In this document: piece after piece, positions 17,500-24,476 of the stretch
How the letters are laid out: the number at the start of each line of letters is the position of its first letter
Numbering within the stretch: the stretch's first letter is position 1
DNA from: Candidatus Methanophagaceae archaeon
GTDB taxonomy: Archaea; Halobacteriota; Syntropharchaeia; Alkanophagales; Methanospirareceae
Direction: 5' to 3'
Assembly: GCA_003194425.1 (NCBI GenBank)
Contig: PQXB01000001.1
Location: 970,444 to 1,002,443, forward strand
Length of the DNA stretch: 32,000 bases
Position numbers and translations under genes: made by a program
Notes under the pieces: model-generated
What the model was told of the DNA's origin: nothing
Databases searched by the model: none
The model's input: the letters and a program-made list of their open reading frames with translations, nothing else

Positions 17500-17502
17500 T
17501 CA

Positions 17503-17691
17503 TTACAATTCATCCAAAGCGACCCACTCGTCTTCTTCGTCCAAAATCTTGTACTGCTCCCGCATAAACGCCTCGTAACTCACCCGCTCTATCAGACGCC
17601 GAATAATCTCGCCGTAGCTCTCTCCTTCTTCGCCAAAGGCTCTTAATTTCTCCAAAGTTTCAGTGTCCAGTTGCACTGCCGTAGTTCTCAT
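17503..17691 (-). CDS. Putative cognate antitoxin (small, RHH-like/acidic)
   Basis: 62 aa. Its stop is 3 nt upstream of the relE start. MRTTAVQLDTETLEKLRAFGEEGESYGEIIRRLIE resembles ribbon-helix-helix antitoxins. Assigned mainly by position. Confidence 0.55.
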   Translation of the reverse strand: MRTTAVQLDTETLEKLRAFGEEGESYGEIIRRLIERVSYEAFMREQYKILDEEDEWVALDEL

Positions 17692-17741
17692 CTCAAGTTT
17701 TTATTCTTTTGCTAAAGATTTTCTTTCTAAGAAAAGGTTTT

Positions 17742-19349
17742 TTATCCCGCGTTCCTTCTTTTCTTTTCTCGCCGTTCCTTGAGTTTCTGTTTGTAGATTT
17801 TCATAAATTTTCTGAAGGCGTCACGGTCTTCTTCTTCCTTTAACATCGATTCGTAGTCTTGAATCGCTGTTTTGACGACTTCTTCGCTTGAAAGTGTTAA
17901 GATTGTAAGATAGAACGCTGCGCTCTCTGCCGAATTTTTAAAACCTTTCTCCACAGATTTTCTTCCTATTTCTCCAAACGACCGTACCACTTCCTTGGTC
18001 GCGCGTTCAAGACCGTTTCTTTCAGACGTACTTCCAACAAAATCAAGATTAAACATTGCATCTAATATTATGTCCTCAAGACCTTTTTCCGCAGCAGTAC
18101 TTCCTAATTTTCCAAGATACTTTGCTGCAAGAAATGTTGCTTCTTTAACCTCCTCAATATGACCCTTCGCTGCGGCAATTCTTCCAATCTCTGCAAGAGA
18201 GAATCCTGCCCTCTGTGCCGCTCTTTTAAGACCTTTTTCTACAGCAGTTATTCCAATAAGTCCTAAATAGATTGTAGTATTTATAACGGCAATACTGAAA
18301 TCTTTTTCCACAGCTTTTTTTCCAATTTTTTCAAAGGAGTACACTGCTTTTATCAACCCACTCTCAAGACCTTTTTCTGCAGCTGCACCCACTACAGCTC
18401 CAAGAAACCATACTACATTCTCTGTCGCTTTTTTAAGTTCTCTTTTTACAGTGGTCTCTCCAAACTTCTCTAAATTTTCAATAACTTCCCAGACTGACTC
18501 CTCGTCCTCCCTGCTCGCAGCCAGCCTGCCAACTCGTTCTAAATGCCTGCAAAACCGCTTTGAAATCTCCTCCTCTCCCTTGCCCGCACTTTCCGAACCA
18601 AGAATTTCAGCCACCCGCTCAGTAACCTCCTTCAACCCAACTCTCGTCGTCGCGAAGTCGTATTTCATAATTGCACTGCGAACAACATCCAAAACCGGCA
18701 GAATCGGGTCTTCTTCCTCGTTGTCTTCCGCCTTGAGAATTTTCTCTCTCGTAATTCCCACCGCCAACCGTTTAACAATTTCCTCTGCTTTCAAAAGTTC
18801 GAAAATATTCCACAGGTACGGAAACAGGGCAACGAAAGAGAACGCCCCGAGCCAAAACGCGAGCGAAACCCAAAACTCAAGCGAGCCAGAGACCGCCTCT
18901 CCTCCCGCTCCTCCCGCTCCTCCCGCTCCTCCCGCTCCTCCCGCTCCTCCCGCTCCTCCCGCAGCCTCCACCAGTTTCAGCACGCCGAGACCGTAAAACA
19001 TCGAGAGCCCGTAGAAAAACAAAAGCAGCCACAGGTCAGGATTCCGCTTAAAAATATCAACAACTCGCGGCGAGTACGCGGAGGCGGTGAGTTGAACCGC
19101 GATTAGGGTCAGCGAGACAACAATTGCAACGACCGACGCCTGACTCTGAACCAACGCGCTGAGCAAGTACCTCGCACTCTCGGCGTCGGTGTGAAAAAGG
19201 TTGAGTTCGCGAAAAAGAAAGCAGCAAGCCAAAACAACCACCGCAAGACACGAGAAATACTCAACGAGCCGTGCAGGCCACGGGTGCAGGAATTTAAAAC
19301 TCTCCCACCCAACCAACCCCTCACCTAACCCCTCACCCAACCCCCTCAC
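17742..19349 (-). CDS. DUF2254-like membrane protein with C-terminal array of about 23-aa helical repeats
   Basis: ARYLLSALVQSQASVVAIVVSLTLIAVQLTASAYSPRVVDIFKRNP matches my memory of the DUF2254 N-terminal membrane region. The C-terminal half has about 7 degenerate repeats of the type ..A....L..IG..A.EKGL... The start is uncertain: the GTG at 19349 lies inside a tandem repeat, and TTG (LVGWESF) is an alternative. Confidence 0.5.
   Translation of the reverse strand: MRGLGEGLGEGLVGWESFKFLHPWPARLVEYFSCLAVVVLACCFLFRELNLFHTDAESARYLLSALVQSQASVVAIVVSLTLIAVQLTASAYSPRVVDIFKRNPDLWLLLFFYGLSMFYGLGVLKLVEAAGGAGGAGGAGGAGGAGGAGGEAVSGSLEFWVSLAFWLGAFSFVALFPYLWNIFELLKAEEIVKRLAVGITREKILKAEDNEEEDPILPVLDVVRSAIMKYDFATTRVGLKEVTERVAEILGSESAGKGEEEISKRFCRHLERVGRLAASREDEESVWEVIENLEKFGETTVKRELKKATENVVWFLGAVVGAAAEKGLESGLIKAVYSFEKIGKKAVEKDFSIAVINTTIYLGLIGITAVEKGLKRAAQRAGFSLAEIGRIAAAKGHIEEVKEATFLAAKYLGKLGSTAAEKGLEDIILDAMFNLDFVGSTSERNGLERATKEVVRSFGEIGRKSVEKGFKNSAESAAFYLTILTLSSEEVVKTAIQDYESMLKEEEDRDAFRKFMKIYKQKLKERREKKRRNAG
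18901..18961. repeat. 9-bp tandem repeat cctcccgct x6.8; encodes (AGG)7 between TM helices
   Basis: Six identical units span 18901-18954, plus a 7-bp partial copy. Confidence 0.95.
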
Positions 19350-19362
19350 CCAACCCCTCCCG
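19315..19362. repeat. 12-bp tandem repeat aacccctcacc(c/t), about 4 copies, one of them 13 bp; spans the annotated start of the DUF2254-like gene (GLGE)n
   Basis: Units at 19315-19326, 19327-19338, 19339-19351 (extra c) and 19352-19362 (diverged). Confidence 0.85.
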
Positions 19363-19416
19363 CACTTTCTCTCTGCAGTTTTTTCTCAAATCTCATAAAA
19401 CAAAATTTGTATAAAA

Positions 19417-19424
19417 TATAAATA
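19417..19424 (+). promoter_or_regulatory. TATA-box-like element (tataaata) upstream of fsr
   Basis: Lies 27 bp upstream of the ATG at 19451, inside a very AT-rich divergent intergenic region (19363-19450). Pattern only. Confidence 0.3.
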
Positions 19425-19450
19425 GGAAGGTAAAGATAATAATAATTATT

Positions 19451-21397
19451 ATGGAAGAATACAAATGGTTTCTGAAGGACGAAGTAGTTGAGACAGGGCT
19501 GTGCACGTTCTGCGGTGCGTGCAGTGCGGTCTGTCCGAACGACCGAATTGAGTTCAGGGAAGACGGACCTGCACTGAAAACCGAGTGTCCGAGGAACGGG
19601 CAGGGTGCCTGTAAGGACGTGTGCCAGCGGGTGGTGACCTTTGCGTCAAAAATCGGTCCGAATGTCTTCGGGTTCAAAGCAAAACCGCCAACAAGTCTGC
19701 TCGGGCAGTACGAGACGGCTGTCTCTGCCCGCGCGACCGACGCTGCAATTCGAGAAGCGGGTCAGGACGGCGGTGCGGTCACGGCTCTGCTGACTTACTG
19801 CTTTGACGAGAGGCTTGTAGACGGCGTGGTTGCAACAGGCGACGCAGGAAAGCCGAGTTCTCGCGTTGTTCGGTCAAAGTCGGAACTGCTTGAAACCGCG
19901 GGGTCAAAGTATTCGACGGTTCCCGTCCTCTCCGCGGTCAAGGAAGCAGGGGCAGAGGGCGTAACGAACGCTGCGGTCGTCGGGCTGCCGTGCCACGTTT
20001 ACGGAGTTCGGAAGACGCAGTTCTTCCCTGGGCTGACCGCACACGGCTACGAGGTCGGCGAGAAAGGAGAGCGAGTAAAAATCCCGAAAATCGCTCTCGT
20101 CGTCGGCTTGTTCTGTACCGAGAACTTCAACTACGAGAAACTGACCAAATTCTTTGCAGAGAGCGGAGTGGAGATTTCAAAGGTCAGAAAAGCCGTCGTG
20201 CACCTCGACGAACTTGTCGTAACGGCGGAGACCGAAGAGGGGGGAACAGCCACTTACGAGTTCGACCTCAACGCCCTCTGGAACGCCGGCTGCGTTCACG
20301 ACGGCTGCGTAATTTGCAGGGACGCGGTCTCAAAACTCGCCGACATCTCCGCGGGCTACATGGGCTCGAGCAAAGGCTGGACAACGCTTTTAGGCAGAAC
20401 TGCGAAGGGCGTTGAAGTGCTCAAGGCTGCGGAGGAGGCAGGCTACATTGAGACGAAGCCGGATGTGGAGCTTCACAGGATCGAAGAGTTCGCAAGTCTT
20501 AAAATGCAGCGGTTCAACTGGGAACTGAAGCGGCGGCTTGACGCGGGCGAGAAAGTCAAGTTCTACTGGGCGTCCGACTACCCTGGCGTCGTGGGCGAGA
20601 CCAAAGGCACATTTTATGTCAAGATAAAGACCAACTCAGGGCTCACGAACGCGGAGACGCTCGTAAAAGCCGCGGAACTCGCTAAGAAATACGGCGACGG
20701 CTCGCTCGAACTCACAACACGCCAGAGCCTTGAGATTCAGGGCGTTCCTGGCACGAAGGTGGACAAACTGATGGCAGAACTCTACGCCAGTGGGCTTGCA
20801 ACGATCGGAATGGGCTACGTCACAACCTGCGTTGGCTCTGACTACTGCACTGAAGGGCTCGTTGAGACGAAGAAACTTGCAGGAGAACTCACAGCAGAGT
20901 TCGCACAGAGGCTGACGCCACACAAGATAAAAATCAGCATCTCGGGCTGTCCGAACGCGTGCAGCAGACCAACGCGTCACGACATCGGGCTCGTGGGTCA
21001 GGTTCGTCCAGAGGTGGACGAAGAGAAGTGCAACGGCTGCGGACGGTGTGCAGAACTGTGCAGGGTGGACGCGATTTCGATTGTGCTTGGTAAGGCTGTA
21101 ATTGACCGAGACAAGTGTGTCGGCTGCGGCTGGTGCGTGAGGGGCTGTCCGAACGAGGCGGTGGTTGAGCTGGAGCGAGGTTACTCAATGTGGATTGGAG
21201 GCAACGACGCACGACGACCTGCCGAAGGGATTTTGTTGAAGTCGTTCTGCACGAGGGAGGAGATTCCGGGGTTGGTTGACGCGGTTGCGAAGACGCTCGT
21301 TAAGTACAAGACAAAACCTGGTCGTGAGCGGCTTGGAAATGTGATGAAGCAGGTCGGTGTGGGGAAGTTCGTTAATGAGGTGCTGGATTTGGCGTAG
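19451..21397 (+). CDS. fsr: Coenzyme F420-dependent sulfite reductase (Fsr-type fusion: FrhB/FpoF-like F420H2 dehydrogenase N-half plus siroheme sulfite/nitrite reductase C-half)
   Basis: 648 aa. The N-half has CTFCGACSAVCPN, GQDGGAVTALL and VVGLPCHVYGVRK (FrhB family). The C-half has TTRQSLEIQGV, the siroheme-[4Fe-4S] coupling cysteines TCVGSDYC (Cx5C) and GCPNAC (Cx3C), and the ferredoxin motifs CNGCGRCAELC and CVGCGWCVRGCP. Architecture and size match Fsr of methanogens/ANME. Confidence 0.75.
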   Translation: MEEYKWFLKDEVVETGLCTFCGACSAVCPNDRIEFREDGPALKTECPRNGQGACKDVCQRVVTFASKIGPNVFGFKAKPPTSLLGQYETAVSARATDAAIREAGQDGGAVTALLTYCFDERLVDGVVATGDAGKPSSRVVRSKSELLETAGSKYSTVPVLSAVKEAGAEGVTNAAVVGLPCHVYGVRKTQFFPGLTAHGYEVGEKGERVKIPKIALVVGLFCTENFNYEKLTKFFAESGVEISKVRKAVVHLDELVVTAETEEGGTATYEFDLNALWNAGCVHDGCVICRDAVSKLADISAGYMGSSKGWTTLLGRTAKGVEVLKAAEEAGYIETKPDVELHRIEEFASLKMQRFNWELKRRLDAGEKVKFYWASDYPGVVGETKGTFYVKIKTNSGLTNAETLVKAAELAKKYGDGSLELTTRQSLEIQGVPGTKVDKLMAELYASGLATIGMGYVTTCVGSDYCTEGLVETKKLAGELTAEFAQRLTPHKIKISISGCPNACSRPTRHDIGLVGQVRPEVDEEKCNGCGRCAELCRVDAISIVLGKAVIDRDKCVGCGWCVRGCPNEAVVELERGYSMWIGGNDARRPAEGILLKSFCTREEIPGLVDAVAKTLVKYKTKPGRERLGNVMKQVGVGKFVNEVLDLA

Positions 21398-21406
21398 TTA
21401 GCTAAG

Positions 21407-21682
21407 TCACCGCCGTCCCAACAGTTCGTTCCACCGCTGCTTGAGGTCGTCCACTGCAGAGACCGCCTTCACCCCCGGCACCTTCTCTTTCAGCGTCGCT
21501 TCAACGAAGTTCGTCAGCGTGTACTGGCTCATCGGGCAGCCCGCACACGCACCGCTCAACTTTACCTTCACCACGCCGTCCTCCTCCACGCTCACCAGTT
21601 CAATGCTCCCGCCTTCCAACGCCAGCAGCGGTCGAATCTCTTTCTCAATTACTTCTTCTATTTTTTCCTGATTTTCCTGCAT
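21407..21682 (-). CDS. NifU C-terminal-domain (Nfu-like) Fe-S cluster scaffold/carrier protein
   Basis: 91 aa from the ATG at 21682: MQENQEKIEEVIEKEIRPLLALEGGSIELVSVEEDGVVKVKLSGACAGCPMS.., with the Nfu CxxC motif. The longer ORF in the track (to 21997) overlaps the opposite-strand gene and is low complexity. Confidence 0.8.
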   Translation of the reverse strand: MQENQEKIEEVIEKEIRPLLALEGGSIELVSVEEDGVVKVKLSGACAGCPMSQYTLTNFVEATLKEKVPGVKAVSAVDDLKQRWNELLGRR

Positions 21683-21720
21683 TTTTCCTTTTATTTTTTT
21701 TAAATGTTCTCTTAAAAAGA

Positions 21721-22929
21721 ATGAAAAAATTTTCCGTCTCCCTCGTCCTTTTTGTCTTCCTCGCCGTCGCCCCTCTTGCATGTGCCGGAGCAGAAAGCCA
21801 GCAGGCAGAAAGCCAGCAGGCAGAAAGCCAGCAGGAGCAGGTGTCTCTTTATTATTTCTACGCAGAGGACTGCTCGCACTGTAAAAAAGTCGCACCTCTG
21901 CTGGAAGAACTTGAGGCGAAGTTCCCGGAGCTTGAAGTCCGCAGGTTTGACCTCTCCTACAACGAGAACAACGCAACGAAGACAACGAAGAACACAAAGA
22001 GCAGCAGCGAACTCTTTAACGCTTTTATTCAGACTTACAACCCGCCAGCAGTCGAAATCCCCGCGGTCTTCGTCGGCAACAAGTCCTTGATTGGACGCGG
22101 GCTGACAAGAGAGAGGCTCGAGGCGGAGGTAGAGTTCTGCTTGCGGAACGGGTGCCCTGACCCGCTCGCACTTGTGAAAGGAGAGGCAGAGGGAGTCACA
22201 GAGGGAGTTGGAGGCAGAGGTGGAGGCGGAGGCGGAGAAGAGGGAGAAGAGGACAAGTCGCCGCTACTTTTAATGCTCGTTGGAACGGCGTTAGTCGAGG
22301 GGCTCAACCCTTGCGGTTTTGCGGTTCTGATTTTTTTGCTCGCCTCTCTTCTCTCCTTGAGGACGAGGAGAAGCGTTCTCGGCGTGGGCTTGGCGTTCGT
22401 CGCGAGCGTCGTCGCCACGCACTTCTTCGTCGGGCTCGGTCTTGTGGGCTGCTACCTCTTCTCGGCGGGCACAACGACCCTCGTTAGACGGTTAGTAATT
22501 TTCGTGGCTCTCTCGGCGGGAGTTCTGAACCTGCACGACTTTTGGCGAGACAAGGCGACTTTAGCCGTTCCGAGCGTTCTGAAACCAGGAATTGCAAGAC
22601 TCGCAGGCTACGCGTCTGTGCCCTGTGCCGTTCTCTTGGGCTTCTTTGCCACGATGGCGGGACTTCCGTGCACGGGCTGCATTTACCTTACCGTGCTGGG
22701 GCTGCTCGCCGCCGAGCCGGCAGCGTCAGCCTTAAAGACCGTTCTTTACCTCCTGCTCTACAACTTCTTCTACGCTCTGCCCCTCCTCCTAATTCTCGCC
22801 CTAATTTACAGGGGGACTTCGCCAGAGGAGGTGGAGGCGTGGAGGAAGGGGAAGCGGCGGTTTATGAAACTCGCCGGTGGTCTCGTGCTGCTTGGATTTG
22901 GCACTGCAATGCTTCTTGGTCTTGTTTAG
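21721..22929 (+). CDS. Thioredoxin-fold domain fused to a DsbD/CcdA-family transmembrane thiol-disulfide electron transporter
   Basis: Signal peptide MKKFSVSLVLFVFLAVAPLACAGA. Trx-like VSLYYFYAEDCSHCKKVAPLLEELE (CxxC). The membrane domain has the conserved Pro-Cys motifs LNPCGFAVLIFLL and GLPCTGCIYL, as in CcdA/DsbD. It contains an AESQQ x3 repeat and a Gly/Glu-rich linker. Confidence 0.75.
   Translation: MKKFSVSLVLFVFLAVAPLACAGAESQQAESQQAESQQEQVSLYYFYAEDCSHCKKVAPLLEELEAKFPELEVRRFDLSYNENNATKTTKNTKSSSELFNAFIQTYNPPAVEIPAVFVGNKSLIGRGLTRERLEAEVEFCLRNGCPDPLALVKGEAEGVTEGVGGRGGGGGGEEGEEDKSPLLLMLVGTALVEGLNPCGFAVLIFLLASLLSLRTRRSVLGVGLAFVASVVATHFFVGLGLVGCYLFSAGTTTLVRRLVIFVALSAGVLNLHDFWRDKATLAVPSVLKPGIARLAGYASVPCAVLLGFFATMAGLPCTGCIYLTVLGLLAAEPAASALKTVLYLLLYNFFYALPLLLILALIYRGTSPEEVEAWRKGKRRFMKLAGGLVLLGFGTAMLLGLV
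21790..21834. repeat. 15-bp tandem repeat gcagaaagccagcag x3, in frame (AESQQ)3 directly after the signal peptide
   Basis: Units at 21790-21804, 21805-21819 and 21820-21834 are identical. Confidence 0.95.
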
Positions 22930-22930
22930 C

Positions 22931-23881
22931 TTAGCCTCTCCTCCTGCTGTTCCTCCTGCTCTTGCTCTTTCCCTTCCTCAGCCAAAAAACAACGGCAAGC
23001 AGACCTGCAACTGCAAGAACCGCTTCAAACCCTGGCTGCTCCGTGCCTGAAGTCGCGTCAGAGTCAGAGACGACCTCAAAACCGCTCTCCTGCCACGCGT
23101 TCATTCCGCCAAACACGTTGTAAATCTGGTCAAAGTCCTGCTCCACAAGAATTTCACAGGCTCTGCTGCTGTTCCGACCGTCTTCGCTGAAGACCACGAT
23201 TTTCTTGCTCTTCTCCAACTCTGCTGCTCTGTTGCTCAACTCTGCGAGAGGAATTGAAGTGGCGCCCTTTAAATGCCCCGCCTTGAATTCTGCGTTGGGT
23301 CTCACGTCGAGTAGAACGACCTCTCCGCCGTCTCTTTGCTGCTGTTGCATTCGCTGTGCCTCGTTGACGAAGATGATTCTTACAGGGTTTCTTCGCCCGG
23401 GGCTTGAGGTAATTTCGATGCTGTGCGTTGCGTTCACGACCTCGCCCTCCGCCTCACAAACCACTGACGCGTTTATGAAGTAAGTCCCCTCGTAGATTCC
23501 TGCACACTTGGAGCAGGAGGGAAGAGTTCTTGAGAAGGTCACTGTGTTCTCCCCCGCGGTCAGATTCGTCTTGTTTGAGTAGGAGATGTAGTTCACGCCC
23601 CGCTTACTCCTCACGCCCGCGACTTCGATGAGGGCGTCGCTTACGTTCTCGGAAGAGTAAACGGTCAAGACGACTTTTACCGTCTCCCGCGCGCAGTACA
23701 CTTCCTTGTCGGTGGTGAAGGCGACGATTTTTACCGCGTTGTCTGTTCCCGCTACTGTTCCCGCTACCGCCGCCGCTGCTGGCGTGGGAAAAGCCGAAAG
23801 CAGCACTGTCGCCACCGCTAACACACCCACACCGATTTTCTTGCTGTTTTCCTTTCCTTGCTTCTCTTTATTTTTTTTCAT
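22931..23881 (-). CDS. Secreted rhodanese-homology-domain protein with N-terminal Ig-like domain and PGF-CTERM archaeosortase sorting signal
   Basis: Signal/TM segment KKIGVGVLAVATVLLSAFPTPAAA. Rhodanese fold VVLLDVRPNAEFKAGHLKGATSIPL...KIVVFSEDGRNSSRACEIL...GGMNAWQESGF. The C-terminus TEQPGFEAVLAVAGLLAVVFWLRKGKSKSRR is PGF plus a TM helix plus a basic tail. The active-site loop has Ser where the catalytic Cys is expected. Confidence 0.7.
   Translation of the reverse strand: MKKNKEKQGKENSKKIGVGVLAVATVLLSAFPTPAAAAVAGTVAGTDNAVKIVAFTTDKEVYCARETVKVVLTVYSSENVSDALIEVAGVRSKRGVNYISYSNKTNLTAGENTVTFSRTLPSCSKCAGIYEGTYFINASVVCEAEGEVVNATHSIEITSSPGRRNPVRIIFVNEAQRMQQQQRDGGEVVLLDVRPNAEFKAGHLKGATSIPLAELSNRAAELEKSKKIVVFSEDGRNSSRACEILVEQDFDQIYNVFGGMNAWQESGFEVVSDSDATSGTEQPGFEAVLAVAGLLAVVFWLRKGKSKSRRNSRRRG
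23743..23766. repeat. 12-bp tandem repeat ctgttcccgcta x2; encodes (VAGT)2
   Basis: Units at 23743-23754 and 23755-23766 are identical. Confidence 0.9.
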
Positions 23882-23905
23882 TTCTCACCGTCCTTTTCTC
23901 TTCTT

Positions 23906-23937
23906 AATTTTAAATTAGTACGCTTTTAAATTAGTAC
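23906..23937. repeat. Intergenic 16-bp tandem repeat ttttaaattagtacgc x2
   Basis: Units at 23906-23921 and 23922-23937 are identical. Lies upstream of the rhodanese-like gene start (23881). Confidence 0.95.
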
Positions 23938-24072
23938 GCCAAAAAAGACAGGAGCAGAATTGATATTTTGAGATTAGTGTCAGCCGAGATTTCCGCGGCG
24001 GTTGCGAAAAATGCAGCGGCAAACGATGAAAAGGACGAAGAATTAGAGGAAGAGGAAGAATAAAAAAAGCGA

Positions 24073-24214
24073 AAGATACAAAGCAAAAATTCCTATTCCT
24101 CCCTCGCCCTCCCACAAAAACCGTCGCCACCCGCCCCTACACCTCCCTCGTTCTCTCAACTGCTCGTAACGCTTTCTGCAACTCGGCGAGTAAAGCACCG
24201 CGTGCGTAAATCTG
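24073..24214 (-). pseudogene. Decayed relic of the C-terminal (target-recognition) region of a type IIG/ISP-like RM enzyme, paralogous to the intact gene at 26006-29185
   Basis: 24180-24203 (aactcggcgagtaaagcaccgcgt) is identical over 24/24 nt to 26452-26475. The relic translates to ..(Q)IY/HAVLYSPSCRKRYEQL.. and ..LWEGEGGIGIFALYL.., against YIYAVLYSPSYRRRYEEFL and VWEYQIGGYQVLAKYL in the intact enzyme. It has a 4-nt gcgt duplication (24200-24207), an internal deletion of about 65 codons, and no upstream body. Confidence 0.5.
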
Positions 24215-24218
24215 CAAC

Positions 24219-24226
24219 ATTTATAT
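24219..24226 (+). promoter_or_regulatory. TATA-box-like element (atttatat) for vapBC; implies a leaderless transcript
   Basis: Ends 24 nt upstream of the vapB ATG at 24250, which is the typical archaeal TATA-to-TSS distance. No Shine-Dalgarno lies between them. Pattern only. Confidence 0.35.
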
Positions 24227-24249
24227 GCTACTACAGTAAACATAAAATT

Positions 24250-24474
24250 ATGTCTACAAAAACCGTATACAGCATACGGATTCCGGTGGGATTACGGAAG
24301 ACGATGGAAGAGCTGAGAGAGGTGAACTGGCAGGAGGAGATAAGAAGGGTGGTGGGCGAACTGGTCAAAAATAAGAGCAAGGAGCGATTACTTGCCGAGG
24401 CGAAGGAGATAAGGAAAGCGATGCAGGTAGATGCGAGTGCTGCTGAACTGATAAGAGGGGACAGAGAGAGATAG
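24250..24474 (+). CDS. vapB: VapB-type antitoxin (small DNA-binding protein upstream of the PIN toxin)
   Basis: 74 aa from the ATG at 24250 (MSTKTVYSIRIPVGLRKTMEELREVNWQEEIRR..). The stop is 2 nt before the vapC ATG. The extension in the ORF track from 24202 lies over the promoter. Assigned mostly by position and size. Confidence 0.6.
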   Translation: MSTKTVYSIRIPVGLRKTMEELREVNWQEEIRRVVGELVKNKSKERLLAEAKEIRKAMQVDASAAELIRGDRER

Positions 24475-24476
24475 AA

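Noticed and set aside
18451-18996. 181-aa plus-strand ORF with a PAPPAPPAPP run
   Set aside because: It is antisense to the DUF2254-like gene. The PAP run is simply the reverse complement reading of the (AGG)n tandem repeat.
21683-21997. Upstream 105 codons of the 196-aa minus-strand ORF
   Set aside because: It overlaps the well-supported Trx-DsbD gene on the opposite strand and reads through its AESQQ repeat as PAGFLPAGFL. Only the last 91 codons (21407-21682) show NifU-like sequence.
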